A stretch of DNA of 64,000 bases from Planctomycetota bacterium. Lineage in GTDB: Bacteria; Planctomycetota; PLA2; JAEUHO01. The stretch lies in the NCBI GenBank assembly GCA_965223505.1, contig CBDCWP010000012.1, forward strand, positions 64,001-128,000, written 5' to 3'. The first letter of the stretch is position 1, and the number at the start of each line of letters is the position of its first letter. A program made the position numbers and the translations under genes. The notes under the pieces are model-generated. The model was not told the DNA's origin and did not search any database. It saw only the letters and a list, made by a program, of their open reading frames with translations. Shown in pieces: positions 28,390-38,028 of this stretch.

Positions 28390-29288
28390 CGTCGCCGTTG
28401 TCGCGTCTCGTCCACAAGGTCGCGTTCGCCACCGGCTACTCGAGGCGCGCCGCAACACGCCGATCCGCGGCGCGGGTCCTGATGTTCCACGGCGTGGGCG
28501 GCGACGCGTTTCCCGCGTCGAAGCTTCGGGCGGTGCTGACCTACTGCAAGCGCAACTTCGACGTCGTGCCGCTCGGCGGGCTCGCCGAGCGCCTGCGGTC
28601 GGGCGACGGGGCGAACGCGCTCGCGTTGACGTTCGATGACGGGCTGCGCAACAACGCGACGCTCGCGGCGCCGCTGCTCGCGGAGCTGTCGTTGTCGGCG
28701 ACGTTCTTCGTCTGTCCGACGCTCCTCGACGAGGGCCGATGGCTCTGGAACCACGAGGTGCGCGAACGGCTGCATTCGATGTCGGTCGCCGATCGCACCA
28801 CGGTGCGCGTTCACGACATCGAAGCGGCCATCGAGCGGATGAAGGCCATGGACCTGCCCTCGCGCGAAGCCGAGGAGACCCGGATCCGCGACGCGACGCC
28901 GCATTTCGAACCCGACGCCGCGCAACGTGCCGCCTTCGACATGATGTCGTGGGACGACCTGCGGGCGCTCGATGAGCGCGTCGTCACCGTCGGGTCCCAC
29001 AGCCTCAGTCATCCGATCCTGCCGACGCTCGACGACGACGGCCTCCTGCGCGAGATCCGCGACAGCCGCGCGCGGCTGGAGGCGCGGCTCGACCGCACGG
29101 TCGACCTGTTCTGCTACCCGAACGGATCCGAGGACGACCGCGTGCGCGACTGCGTCGCCGCGCACTACCGGGCTGCCGTGACGACGGCCCCCGGGTTCGC
29201 CACCGACGGCGACGACCCGTACCGCCTGGGCCGGATCGGAGCCGTGCCCGACCTCGCCGAGCTCGCCTGGCGGCTGCACCGACCCTGA
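28386..29288 (+). CDS. Polysaccharide deacetylase (NodB/CE4)
   Basis: LMFHGV, LTFDDG, GSHSLSHP, FCYPNG. Confidence 0.9.
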   Translation: MTSPLSRLVHKVAFATGYSRRAATRRSAARVLMFHGVGGDAFPASKLRAVLTYCKRNFDVVPLGGLAERLRSGDGANALALTFDDGLRNNATLAAPLLAELSLSATFFVCPTLLDEGRWLWNHEVRERLHSMSVADRTTVRVHDIEAAIERMKAMDLPSREAEETRIRDATPHFEPDAAQRAAFDMMSWDDLRALDERVVTVGSHSLSHPILPTLDDDGLLREIRDSRARLEARLDRTVDLFCYPNGSEDDRVRDCVAAHYRAAVTTAPGFATDGDDPYRLGRIGAVPDLAELAWRLHRP

Positions 29289-29384
29289 CACCGACCAAAC
29301 GGCCCCCAGGCTCGGGGAGTTCGCCGTCCGGTGTTTCGGGATAATGACCGATTGCCATGGCAGAGGCTCTTGGGAGGCAGGTCG

Positions 29385-30299
29385 ATGGCCGGTTGGAAGC
29401 GTCGTTCGTTGGTCCTCGTCTCGCTGCTGTGCACGGCATGCGCTGCGAACACCGGTGCCGGGACGCCGCCGGGACAGGTTCCGCCGCCGCCGCCCGGCCC
29501 GTCGCTCTCGATCACCAGCTCCGTCGGGTTGCCCCAACGCGTCGTGACACCCGCGCCGGCGCAGCCGCCCGCGGCGGCCATCACGACGTCGGAGATCGGC
29601 AGTCCCGACGGACACCCCGAGGTCGCCCCGCCGCCCACGCCTGCGGTGGAGCCCGAAACGCCGGTCGTCGCGGAGGCGAAGCCGGCCCAGCTGCCGCCGA
29701 AGGAGTTCGTCTTTCGCCTCGAGGTCGGCGACGAGCTCGAGATCAAGGTCTGGCAGGAGCCCGAGCTCACGTCGCAGCAGCGCATCCTGCGTGACGGCAC
29801 CATCTCGCCCGCGTTGCTCAAGCCGATGAAGGCGGTCGGCAAGTCGATCCACGAATTGCACGACGAGCTCACCCTCGCGTACCGCGAGTACATCAACGAT
29901 CCGCGCGTCTCCGTCCGCATGGTGGACGTCTACCGCGACCGCGTCTTCTTCCTCGGCGAGGTGAAGACGCCGAGCGCGCATCAGATCATCGGGCCGACGA
30001 CGCTGCTGCAAGGCGTCGCGTTGGCCGGCGGCTTCAACGAAGGCCTGGCCGACAAGGCGACCGTGCGCATCGTTCGCACCCAGCGCGACGGCCGATCGCG
30101 GGTCTTCACCGTCAACACCGACCGGATCATGCGCGGCAACGGGCGGCGCGTGATGCTGGAGCCCGGCGACATCGTGTACGTGCATCCGACGGGGCTCACG
30201 GACTGGTCGCGCCGCTTCACGCAGCTGCTGTCGCCCCTGGGCGATCTGCTCGGGACGGCGGCCAGCGCGGCGGCGATCGCCGTCGCCATCAACGACTGA
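29385..30299 (+). CDS. wza: Polysaccharide export lipoprotein (Wza/OPX)
   Basis: Lipoprotein signal; Pro-rich linker; GDELEIKVWQEPEL...DGTIS; SLBB region GEVKTP...LEPGDIVYV. Confidence 0.88.
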   Translation: MAGWKRRSLVLVSLLCTACAANTGAGTPPGQVPPPPPGPSLSITSSVGLPQRVVTPAPAQPPAAAITTSEIGSPDGHPEVAPPPTPAVEPETPVVAEAKPAQLPPKEFVFRLEVGDELEIKVWQEPELTSQQRILRDGTISPALLKPMKAVGKSIHELHDELTLAYREYINDPRVSVRMVDVYRDRVFFLGEVKTPSAHQIIGPTTLLQGVALAGGFNEGLADKATVRIVRTQRDGRSRVFTVNTDRIMRGNGRRVMLEPGDIVYVHPTGLTDWSRRFTQLLSPLGDLLGTAASAAAIAVAIND

Positions 30300-30327
30300 C
30301 CGAACGGTCCGGCGGGGGAGCGCGACC

Positions 30328-31461
30328 TTGTCGAAGCTCACGGTCAGCCGCTGGGATGCCTCGCAGCTCGCGTCGGCGGAAGCCGCCTGGACCGAGCTGC
30401 TTCTCGCCTCGACCGCCGATCCGCTGTTCATGAGCTGGGACTGGCAGTCGCTCTGGTGGGCGGTGTTCTCGCGGCAGCCCTACGCCGAAGAGCGCGGGTT
30501 CGAGCTGCGGCTTCTGGTCGCCCACGACGGGAGCGGGGCGCTTTGCGGCATCGCGCCGCTCTACCGCGAGCGCACGCGCGTTCGGCGCATCCTCAAAGTG
30601 CGCCGGTTGCACTTCATCGGCAACTGCTGGAACGGCCCCGGCACGGTCCGCACGGAGTATCTGGACTTCATCGCGCCGCGCGGTCGTGAGAGCGAGGTGG
30701 CGTGCGCGTTCGTCGACCACCTGTTCGCGGAGGACGACTGGGACGAGTGGGTGCTCTCGGATCTCGAGCGCGGCAGCGCGACGCATCGCCTGCTGACCGC
30801 GCAGGACGTGCGCGGCGCGTTGGTGCGCGAGGCGAACGCGTTCGACAGCTATCTCGTCGAGACGAGCGACGGATTCGATACGTACCGTGCGGGCCTGAGC
30901 AAGAGCACGCGGTCGAAGATGTACAACCGGCGCGCGAACCTCGAGCGACACGGGGTCGTCGATCTCCGTCCTGTGGAGGCGTCGGGTCTCGACGAGGCCT
31001 TCAGGCGGTTGAACGCGCTGCACGAGATTCGTTGGGACATCGGGCTCTACGCAGGGCCGCGCATCGCGTTCCATCGAGAGCTCGCCGCGCGCTTCGCGGC
31101 GCGCGACGAGCTGCAACTCTCGCAGATGACGGTGGGCGGGCGTCTCGTCTCGATGCTGTACGACTTCGGCGTGGGCGCGCGTCGCTACAACGTGCAGTCG
31201 GCCTTCGACGAGCGGTTCGACCGCAAGCTCGCGTTGGGATCGCTGCATCTCGGATACGCCGTCGAAGCCGCGTTCGCCGAGGGTGCCGCCGTCTACGACC
31301 TGCTCGAAGGGGGTGGGAAGAAGACACAGTTCAAAGCGTCGATCGCGAACGCCCGCCGCCATTCGTCGACGCTGCAGGTCGTGCGATCGGCGAAGCTCAA
31401 GGCGGCCTACCGCCTGTACGACCGCGTGCGTGGGTCGAAGCGCCCGCGCGACGAGATGTAG
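30328..31461 (+). CDS. GNAT acetyltransferase, CelD/BcsL-like
   Basis: LFMSWDW, GIAPL, EYLDFI, YDLLEGG pattern typical of EPS-locus GNATs. Confidence 0.82.
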   Translation: MSKLTVSRWDASQLASAEAAWTELLLASTADPLFMSWDWQSLWWAVFSRQPYAEERGFELRLLVAHDGSGALCGIAPLYRERTRVRRILKVRRLHFIGNCWNGPGTVRTEYLDFIAPRGRESEVACAFVDHLFAEDDWDEWVLSDLERGSATHRLLTAQDVRGALVREANAFDSYLVETSDGFDTYRAGLSKSTRSKMYNRRANLERHGVVDLRPVEASGLDEAFRRLNALHEIRWDIGLYAGPRIAFHRELAARFAARDELQLSQMTVGGRLVSMLYDFGVGARRYNVQSAFDERFDRKLALGSLHLGYAVEAAFAEGAAVYDLLEGGGKKTQFKASIANARRHSSTLQVVRSAKLKAAYRLYDRVRGSKRPRDEM

Positions 31462-31467
31462 CCGACG

Positions 31468-31502
31468 AAAAAAAGGCCCGCCGGCGTGAGCCGACGGGCC
31501 TT
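31468..31502 (-). terminator. Rho-independent terminator (possibly bidirectional)
   Basis: AAAAAAAGGCCCGCCGGC-GTGA-GCCGACGGGCCTT hairpin with a U7 tail on the minus strand, between convergent genes. Confidence 0.85.
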
Positions 31503-31525
31503 CGAAGTTCGTTCTCGCGTGTGAG

Positions 31526-32788
31526 CTAGAAGTTGAAGTTCACACCCAGGAAGAAGCTGTGGACGATCAGCTGATCGGTGTCCTGCTTCGCCTGGACCGC
31601 GCCGGTGACGGCGTTGCCGAAGTCCATCGCGTCGTGCGCGCGAAGGACGCTGTCCAGGAAGAAGAAGTTGTAGCCGGCCGTAACCGCGATGCGCGGCGTC
31701 AGGCGCAGCTTCACGCCGATGTCGGCATCGATGCCCCAGACGATCTCTTCGTCCTCCGACGAGGCCGAGTGCGAGCCGCCGGCGAAGATGTTCGCGTCGC
31801 TCACGTTGGCTTCGCGCGTCATGTTGCCGATCAAGCCCTTGACCGAGATCGTGAAGGTGATGCGGTCGCTGAGGTCGCGGTGCATCGCGCCGCCGAGCTG
31901 CGCGCCGATGAACGAGTTCTCGACGTCGCTCGCGACCGAAGCGGGGCCGCCGCCCGGGATGACCGGGTTGGCGAAGGCGCCCGTGAGCTCTTCGTCGAAG
32001 CGCGCGTAGCGGATGCCGAGCATGATGTCCCAGCGCGTGCAGCCCTCGCAGGCCAGCTCGGTCCACCAGTTGGCCTCACCGCTGAACAGGTCGGCTTCGG
32101 ACTCGACCGACAGGGCGTTCGCGACCGTCACGTTGCCGTTCGCCGGCCCCGGGCCGAAGGGACCCGCCGCGAAACCGAAGCGACCGTTGCTGACCGTGTC
32201 GTCGTCCCAGGAACCGTTGTAGGTGCCGCGAAGCTCGAGCGCTTCCTGCGGGCCGATCCAGTAGCGCGCCGTAACGCGACCGCCGAACGTCCACCCGTAG
32301 TCGAGGTCGTCGTAGCTCAGCTGCGGCGTGGGCGGCGGGAAGCCGGGCGGGACCGCGAGTCCGAACGGACCCTCGGGCGCTTCGAAGATGCCGGCCATGC
32401 CTTCGAGCGTGATCTCACGGCAGCCGTAGCGGTTGCCGCACCAATCCAACGGCCAGCAGCAGTTGTCGCGGCGCTGTCCACACGGAGCGGTGCAGTCCGA
32501 CGCCGACAAGTTGACGCGCGGTTGCGCGACGATCGGCGCTGCCGGAGCGGGCGCGGGTTCGTACTCGATGACGACGGGCGGCGGCTCTTCGACGGCGGGC
32601 GTCTCTTCGATCGGCGCCGGTACCTCGTCCTCGGGATACGGCAGGCCCGAGTAGTCGTTGGCCGGCGCGCTACCGAAGCCCGATGCGAGCGGCGGCGGCG
32701 GCGGCGGCGGAAGGTCGTCCGCGAAAGTCGCGTCTGCGACCCCCGTGAGCAGGAGCGCACACAGGGCAAGCGTTGCTACGAAGCGCAT
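31526..32788 (-). CDS. Outer-membrane beta-barrel, BBP7-like
   Basis: Signal peptide; Pro-rich and Cys-rich N-terminus; alternating beta-strands (GIRYARFDE, ENSFIGAQLG, AGYNFFF); C-terminal GVNFNF. Confidence 0.75.
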   Translation of the reverse strand: MRFVATLALCALLLTGVADATFADDLPPPPPPPLASGFGSAPANDYSGLPYPEDEVPAPIEETPAVEEPPPVVIEYEPAPAPAAPIVAQPRVNLSASDCTAPCGQRRDNCCWPLDWCGNRYGCREITLEGMAGIFEAPEGPFGLAVPPGFPPPTPQLSYDDLDYGWTFGGRVTARYWIGPQEALELRGTYNGSWDDDTVSNGRFGFAAGPFGPGPANGNVTVANALSVESEADLFSGEANWWTELACEGCTRWDIMLGIRYARFDEELTGAFANPVIPGGGPASVASDVENSFIGAQLGGAMHRDLSDRITFTISVKGLIGNMTREANVSDANIFAGGSHSASSEDEEIVWGIDADIGVKLRLTPRIAVTAGYNFFFLDSVLRAHDAMDFGNAVTGAVQAKQDTDQLIVHSFFLGVNFNF

Positions 32789-33024
32789 GGGTTCATCCCT
32801 CCCCGACACCGATGCGACCTGGCGAAACCCAGTCCCTCCCGGGTGCACCACCGGTGTTCTGTCGTCAAAAGCTAGGGGTTCGGAGGGCAGGATGCAAGGT
32901 CCCGCAGGGTTCCCCGCGCGCCTTTCTTCCTACGGGCCGAACATCGCGCTGCGGCCGCGGCCCCGCTGGCCGTAAGTGGCTTGTAAACCGAGGCAGGAAT
33001 CCGGCCGAACCCGCAGCTTCTACG

Positions 33025-33053
33025 TTGCCCGTGAGAGGCCATTGTCCTACCCT
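33025..33053 (+). promoter_or_regulatory. Putative sigma70-type promoter TTGCCC-N17-TACCCT
   Basis: Same hexamers and spacing occur upstream of the paralog at 37941-37969. Confidence 0.65.
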
Positions 33054-33103
33054 CTCGGCCGGTAGGGATGAGCCCAGAGTTTCCTATGGTGGGAGGTATC
33101 ACC

Positions 33104-36100
33104 ATGCGGCGTATTGGCCTCAGCGCGGTTGCGCTCTTTCTCGTTGTCGGTCTGCTCGGCTGTGCGGGCGGTGAAGAGAACGTTCTCGGCCTCGGAACGA
33201 TCACGATCACGGCGTACACGAGCCCGACGCCGGCCCTGATTTCCGAGATCGACACGATCACCGGAACCGGCTTCAGCGAGATCGTGGGGGTGCCCTGCAC
33301 GGTGCGCTACACGGCCTCGACGGGCCAGCCGTTCCTCGGCGGCGGCTCCACCATGGTGGACGTGATCGGCACGGTCACCTCGCCGACGACCGTCGAGGTG
33401 CAGAGCCCCGAGGTCGTGATCTGCGGTCCGGCCTCGATCTCGGCGTTCGTGACGGTGATCCTGCCGAGTGGCGTGTTCGGCACGTCCGCGGCACCCATCG
33501 CGATCTTCGAGGCGCCGACCGCCGTCAGCATCAACAACGACGTCATGGGCGGCACCGCGTTCCCCGCGGCGATCCCGACGGCGTTCACGATCACCGGTAC
33601 GGGCTACGCGCCGGTCGGCGGCACGGTGGACATCCACTGGACGGCCGCGGCGTCGATCTTCAACCTCGGTGGCTCGACCGACGTGACCACGACGGGCGTG
33701 ATCGCTTCGTCGACGACCATCATGGGGGTCTCGCCCGAAGCGCAGGTGTGCGGCGTGGCGTCGGTCGGGGCCGTCGTCGATCGCGTCGAGTTCCCGAACC
33801 AGACCTGTACGCCGGTCGGCACCTCGATCGCGGTGTCGTTCACCGCGCCGACCTACACGGCCATCGCCAACACCGGCGGTGTGCTCGCGGGCCCCGCGTT
33901 CGACGCGGCGGTTCCGGAGCCGTTCACGATCGTCGGCACGGGCTTCGGCCCGACCGGCGGTACGGCGCAGATCACGATGACGACCGGCAACGGCGGCACC
34001 ACGCCGTTCTCGGCCGGTAGCTCCGCGACCGTCACCGTTCTCGGCAACATCACCAGCTCGACGACGATCACCGGCGTGAGCCCGCTCTCGTTGCTGTGCC
34101 CGCCCGGAACCCCGCCGATCGATCCGACGACGTTGATCATCACCGTCCCGAACGGGAGCTGCACGCTGCCGGGCGCCGGCGCCGTGTTCAGCGCGCCGAC
34201 CGTCGCGTTCACGACGAACCTCAGCACCGTGGGCTTGCACGCGGGCACGAGCGCGCCCGGTCAGTTTGCCGCCGCGGTGCCGGAACCCTTCCGTGTCACC
34301 GGCACCGGCTTCGGCCCGGTGGGCGGGACCGCCATGGTGCTTTGGCAGAACAATGCCGCGCTCCTGCCGCCGCCGTTCGAGGCCGGCACGTCCAACACGA
34401 TCCTCGTCCCGGCGACCATCGTTTCTCGGACGACCATCGAGGGCATCAGCCCCGAAGCGGCGTTCTGCTCCCCGACGCTTCCGGATGGGGCCGGCTTCCT
34501 GCACACGGTGACGATGCCCGACGGTGCGTGTTCGCTACTTTCGGGGTTCCCGTTGGGCTTCACGATCGTCCATCCGCCGATCATCACGGCGGTCACCAAT
34601 GACAACACGGCGGCGCCCTCGTTCCAGGCGACGAACACCGAGCCGTTCACGGTCACGGGCGACGACTTCGGTCCGATCGGCGGCACCGCGTTCGTTACCT
34701 TCACCAGCACGAGTGCCGCGCCGGCCGACCTGCCGTTCCGTACGCCGGGGCCCAGCGCGACCATCACGGTCGAGGGCACGATCACGTCGCGCACGACGAT
34801 CGCGGTGGGTGGGAGTCCGCTTGCGACGCTGATTCCGGTGCTCGATGCCGGTGCCGGCACGAACTGCGAGTTCTTGAATGCGACCACGAGAACGGACATC
34901 CTCCTGGAGGGAGGCTCCTGCAACTCTCCCGTGGTCGCGCCCGTGGTGGCGACGTTCACCGGCCCGTCCATGACAAGCGTCGATCCTGCGGGTTCCGCGC
35001 CTGCCGCGGCGCCGACGGACGTCGTCTCGACGATCCTGCTCGGTCAGACGGATCCCGAGGAGTTCGTGATCACCGGTACGGGCTTCGGTCCGGTGCTCTC
35101 GATCGCGATGGTCACGTTCGAAGACGAGATCACCGGCGCCGCCGTGACGGTGCCGGGGCTCGTGACGAGCACGACGACGATCGAGGGTGACCTGCCCGTC
35201 GATCCGTTCGGCGTGCGGCTGAGCGAGGACATCGACGTGCGCGTCCGCGCGTCGTTCTTCAACGGCAGCCTCACGTACTGCAACAACGCCGTCAACTTCG
35301 TCGCCCCGCCGACGATCACGTCGGTCGCGGTCACGGCGCCCGGCAACCGCGGTCCGTTCAACCAGGCTGCGCCCGCGGCGATCCTGCCGAACACGTGGCT
35401 GGCCTGCATCGGCTGCGACACGACGATCTCGGGCAACGGCTTCGATCCGTTGATCACCGACCTGTGGTTCGACACCGCGGTCGGCGACACCGACGCGATC
35501 GGCGCGGGCCTGCTCGGCACCATCCCGGAGCCGACGGCCACGGCGCCGGGACCCGGCACCGCCCGCAGCGTGACGGACAACGTGTTCCCGACGGCCGACA
35601 CCATCAATGGGTTGAGCCCGACGGACTCCACGCTGACCGCGGACACCGCGGCCACGGTGCGCGTCGTCAACCCCGACATGCAGTTCGACGAGGCCCCCGG
35701 CCAGACCTTCGCGGTCACCGGCGCGCTGCCGAACGTGAACAGCACGATGGACGGCGGGACCAACGCGGAGTGCAACATCGCGGTGAACCCGACGAATCCG
35801 TTGAACGCATGCATGCTCTCGCACGACTCGACGGGCGGCTTCGCCAGCGTGCGGCACTCGTACACGTTCGACGGCGGCGACACCTGGGTCACGTTCAACA
35901 TCGGCGGCGGCGCGACGGCCGCGCCCGACCCGTTCCCGGCGTTGGGCTTCCGCTTCGACCCGGTCTGCGGGTTCGATGACTTCGGCAACTACTTCGCCGT
36001 ATACGGCGTCGGTGACGGGACGCGAGACAACGCGGGCGTCATCGGGACGTACTTCGTCATCGTGCAGCGCAGCTCCGACGGCGGCCTCACGTTCGACACG

Positions 36101-37150
36101 GCCCTCGCGGCGCCGTGGAACGCCGGAGAAGGCACCGACCGCTGGAACTCCGACACCGGCAAGGACGGCGGCATCCTCGGCAACCAGGCCATCTACGTCG
36201 GCGGCATGGACCTGTTCGGCACCGGCGCTCTCGGCCCCGCCGGCGGCTTCGACGTGATCTGCAGCGGCTTCAGCGTCGCGCCCGGCGGCGGCCCGAACGG
36301 CGAGGGCGGCGCGCTCTCGGCGTTCGCGAGCCCGAGCGGGGCCGGCTACGAGGTCGTCAACGACTTCGGGCCGCTGACCGACATCCTGCAGCACCCCGCC
36401 GTCTCGGTCGGTCCGAACGGCGAGGTCTACATGTCGTGGGTGGACTTCGACCGCTTCGGCGCGAAGGCCATTGCGGGTCTGAGCGAGATCCTGTTCGACG
36501 CGGATCCGGACGGCCTGAACGGCGTCGTCTTCGGATTCGGCACCGACCTGGCCGTGGCCGACAGCCTCTTCGGGTTCTTCGTTCCGATTCCGGCGCAGGC
36601 GGAGCGCGGCTACAGCGTGATTCCGATGCACCGCGTGATGCGCGCCGGTCCCAACGCGGGCCGCGTCGTGCTCACGTACACCGGTCTGGACGAGGAGGCA
36701 CTGGCCAACTTCGGCATCACCGACACGAACGTGCTCACGGTGTCGACCGACAGCGACGGCTTGATCTGGACGGCGCCCGCGCTGGTCCACCCGGTGGACT
36801 TCAACGATCAGTTCCATCCCTGGCTGGCAGCCGACCGCGTCACCGGCAACGTGTACGTGAACTGGTACAGCACCGAGAACGACATCGGCAACCAGATCAC
36901 GGAACGGTACGGGTCCGCGAGCGGCAACGGCACCACGTGGAGCTCGCAGCTCCTGCTCTCGCAGGGGACGAGCGACGCCGTGCCGGGCGGTGGCAACGAC
37001 TACCTGGAGTACAACGGCGTAGACGCCCATGACGGCTGTGTCTACGGCTGCTGGGCCGACAACTCGAACTTCACGGGCGACAACCCGAACGGTGCGGGTC
37101 CCGGCGACGGCATGAACATCTACGTCAGCGTCTACATGCAGAAGCCCTAG
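33104..37150 (+). CDS. Giant lipoprotein A: ~7 IPT/TIG-like repeats + C-terminal Asp-box beta-propeller
   Basis: GGAGG RBS; lipobox LLGC; repeated F.ITGTGFGP.GGT...S.TTI.G.SP units; YTFDGGDTW and SSDGGLTF Asp-boxes. Confidence 0.85.
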   Translation: MRRIGLSAVALFLVVGLLGCAGGEENVLGLGTITITAYTSPTPALISEIDTITGTGFSEIVGVPCTVRYTASTGQPFLGGGSTMVDVIGTVTSPTTVEVQSPEVVICGPASISAFVTVILPSGVFGTSAAPIAIFEAPTAVSINNDVMGGTAFPAAIPTAFTITGTGYAPVGGTVDIHWTAAASIFNLGGSTDVTTTGVIASSTTIMGVSPEAQVCGVASVGAVVDRVEFPNQTCTPVGTSIAVSFTAPTYTAIANTGGVLAGPAFDAAVPEPFTIVGTGFGPTGGTAQITMTTGNGGTTPFSAGSSATVTVLGNITSSTTITGVSPLSLLCPPGTPPIDPTTLIITVPNGSCTLPGAGAVFSAPTVAFTTNLSTVGLHAGTSAPGQFAAAVPEPFRVTGTGFGPVGGTAMVLWQNNAALLPPPFEAGTSNTILVPATIVSRTTIEGISPEAAFCSPTLPDGAGFLHTVTMPDGACSLLSGFPLGFTIVHPPIITAVTNDNTAAPSFQATNTEPFTVTGDDFGPIGGTAFVTFTSTSAAPADLPFRTPGPSATITVEGTITSRTTIAVGGSPLATLIPVLDAGAGTNCEFLNATTRTDILLEGGSCNSPVVAPVVATFTGPSMTSVDPAGSAPAAAPTDVVSTILLGQTDPEEFVITGTGFGPVLSIAMVTFEDEITGAAVTVPGLVTSTTTIEGDLPVDPFGVRLSEDIDVRVRASFFNGSLTYCNNAVNFVAPPTITSVAVTAPGNRGPFNQAAPAAILPNTWLACIGCDTTISGNGFDPLITDLWFDTAVGDTDAIGAGLLGTIPEPTATAPGPGTARSVTDNVFPTADTINGLSPTDSTLTADTAATVRVVNPDMQFDEAPGQTFAVTGALPNVNSTMDGGTNAECNIAVNPTNPLNACMLSHDSTGGFASVRHSYTFDGGDTWVTFNIGGGATAAPDPFPALGFRFDPVCGFDDFGNYFAVYGVGDGTRDNAGVIGTYFVIVQRSSDGGLTFDTALAAPWNAGEGTDRWNSDTGKDGGILGNQAIYVGGMDLFGTGALGPAGGFDVICSGFSVAPGGGPNGEGGALSAFASPSGAGYEVVNDFGPLTDILQHPAVSVGPNGEVYMSWVDFDRFGAKAIAGLSEILFDADPDGLNGVVFGFGTDLAVADSLFGFFVPIPAQAERGYSVIPMHRVMRAGPNAGRVVLTYTGLDEEALANFGITDTNVLTVSTDSDGLIWTAPALVHPVDFNDQFHPWLAADRVTGNVYVNWYSTENDIGNQITERYGSASGNGTTWSSQLLLSQGTSDAVPGGGNDYLEYNGVDAHDGCVYGCWADNSNFTGDNPNGAGPGDGMNIYVSVYMQKP

Positions 37151-37179
37151 GGTTTCCTGCACAGGATCGATCCAACCGT

Positions 37180-37206
37180 GCGGCGCGCCCTCTCGGGGCG
37201 CGCCGC
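37180..37206 (+). terminator. GC-rich hairpin downstream of lipoprotein A
   Basis: GCGGCGCGCCC-TCTCG-GGGCGCGCCGC, 11-bp stem; no clear U-tract. Confidence 0.5.
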
Positions 37207-37234
37207 GCTTCGTTCCGGGCCTATACTGCTTGCC

Positions 37235-37861
37235 ATGCGTGCCACCGACCTCCTCCTGAACCTCGTCGTCGTCGTCGTCGCGCTCGGCGTCTACCACGTG
37301 TTCTTCGCCCCTGCCCCGGCCGAGCCGATCGACGGTTCCGGCGTCGAGGACGGCGCCGACAGCGGAGGCCGCGCCGGGCTCGGCGCCGGTGAGGTCGAGC
37401 GCACGCTGCGGCGCATCGACGAGCGGCTCACCGCGCTCGAGAGCTCCGGCGCCACGGATGCGCCGCGCCGCACGGAACGTGCATTGAGCGAAGGCGACAT
37501 CGAGTACTGGCAGGAAGTGCTCAAGGAGATCCGCTCCCGCGAGGCCGCGGCGCGCGATCGCGTTCGCCACGTCGCTGTCGTGAGGCGGCTTCACCCCGAC
37601 ATCAGCGAGCAGGATCTCGAGCGCGCGGTCGACATGATTCAGGCGTTCTACGCCGACGTGCGGCGCCTGTATGCGGAAGCGGGCCCGCTCGATGCCGATT
37701 CGCGTCGCGCGGTGCAGCTCCAGGTGGATCAGCTCATCGCGCAGGCGGAGACGGACCTGCGAACCGTGCTCCCGGACGAGGTCGTCGCCAAGATCCGAGG
37801 AACGCTGCCGGGAGGATCGCGTCCAGCCGTCACCGGAACCGATCCGGGCCCCGGCCGTTAG
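37235..37861 (+). CDS. Single-TM coiled-coil/helical protein (partner A)
   Basis: LLLNLVVVVVALGVY anchor, then coiled coil; similar to 41689..42375. Confidence 0.75.
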   Translation: MRATDLLLNLVVVVVALGVYHVFFAPAPAEPIDGSGVEDGADSGGRAGLGAGEVERTLRRIDERLTALESSGATDAPRRTERALSEGDIEYWQEVLKEIRSREAAARDRVRHVAVVRRLHPDISEQDLERAVDMIQAFYADVRRLYAEAGPLDADSRRAVQLQVDQLIAQAETDLRTVLPDEVVAKIRGTLPGGSRPAVTGTDPGPGR

Positions 37862-37940
37862 GACGAACGTCGCCCCCAGCGGGAGGGCCGCGTCGCGTCG
37901 GGTGGTTCGCATCCGATGCGTCCGTCGTTTCGGGTCCCCA

Positions 37941-37969
37941 TTGCCCGTGTCCTTGCGATTGCCTACCCT
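37941..37969 (+). promoter_or_regulatory. Putative sigma70-type promoter TTGCCC-N17-TACCCT
   Basis: Matches 33025-33053. Confidence 0.65.
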
Positions 37970-38028
37970 GGGCGGGCTGGGGTTCCTAGGGGGGGTGCCC
38001 TCGCGTTGACTTCCGAGGGAGGGCGAAC

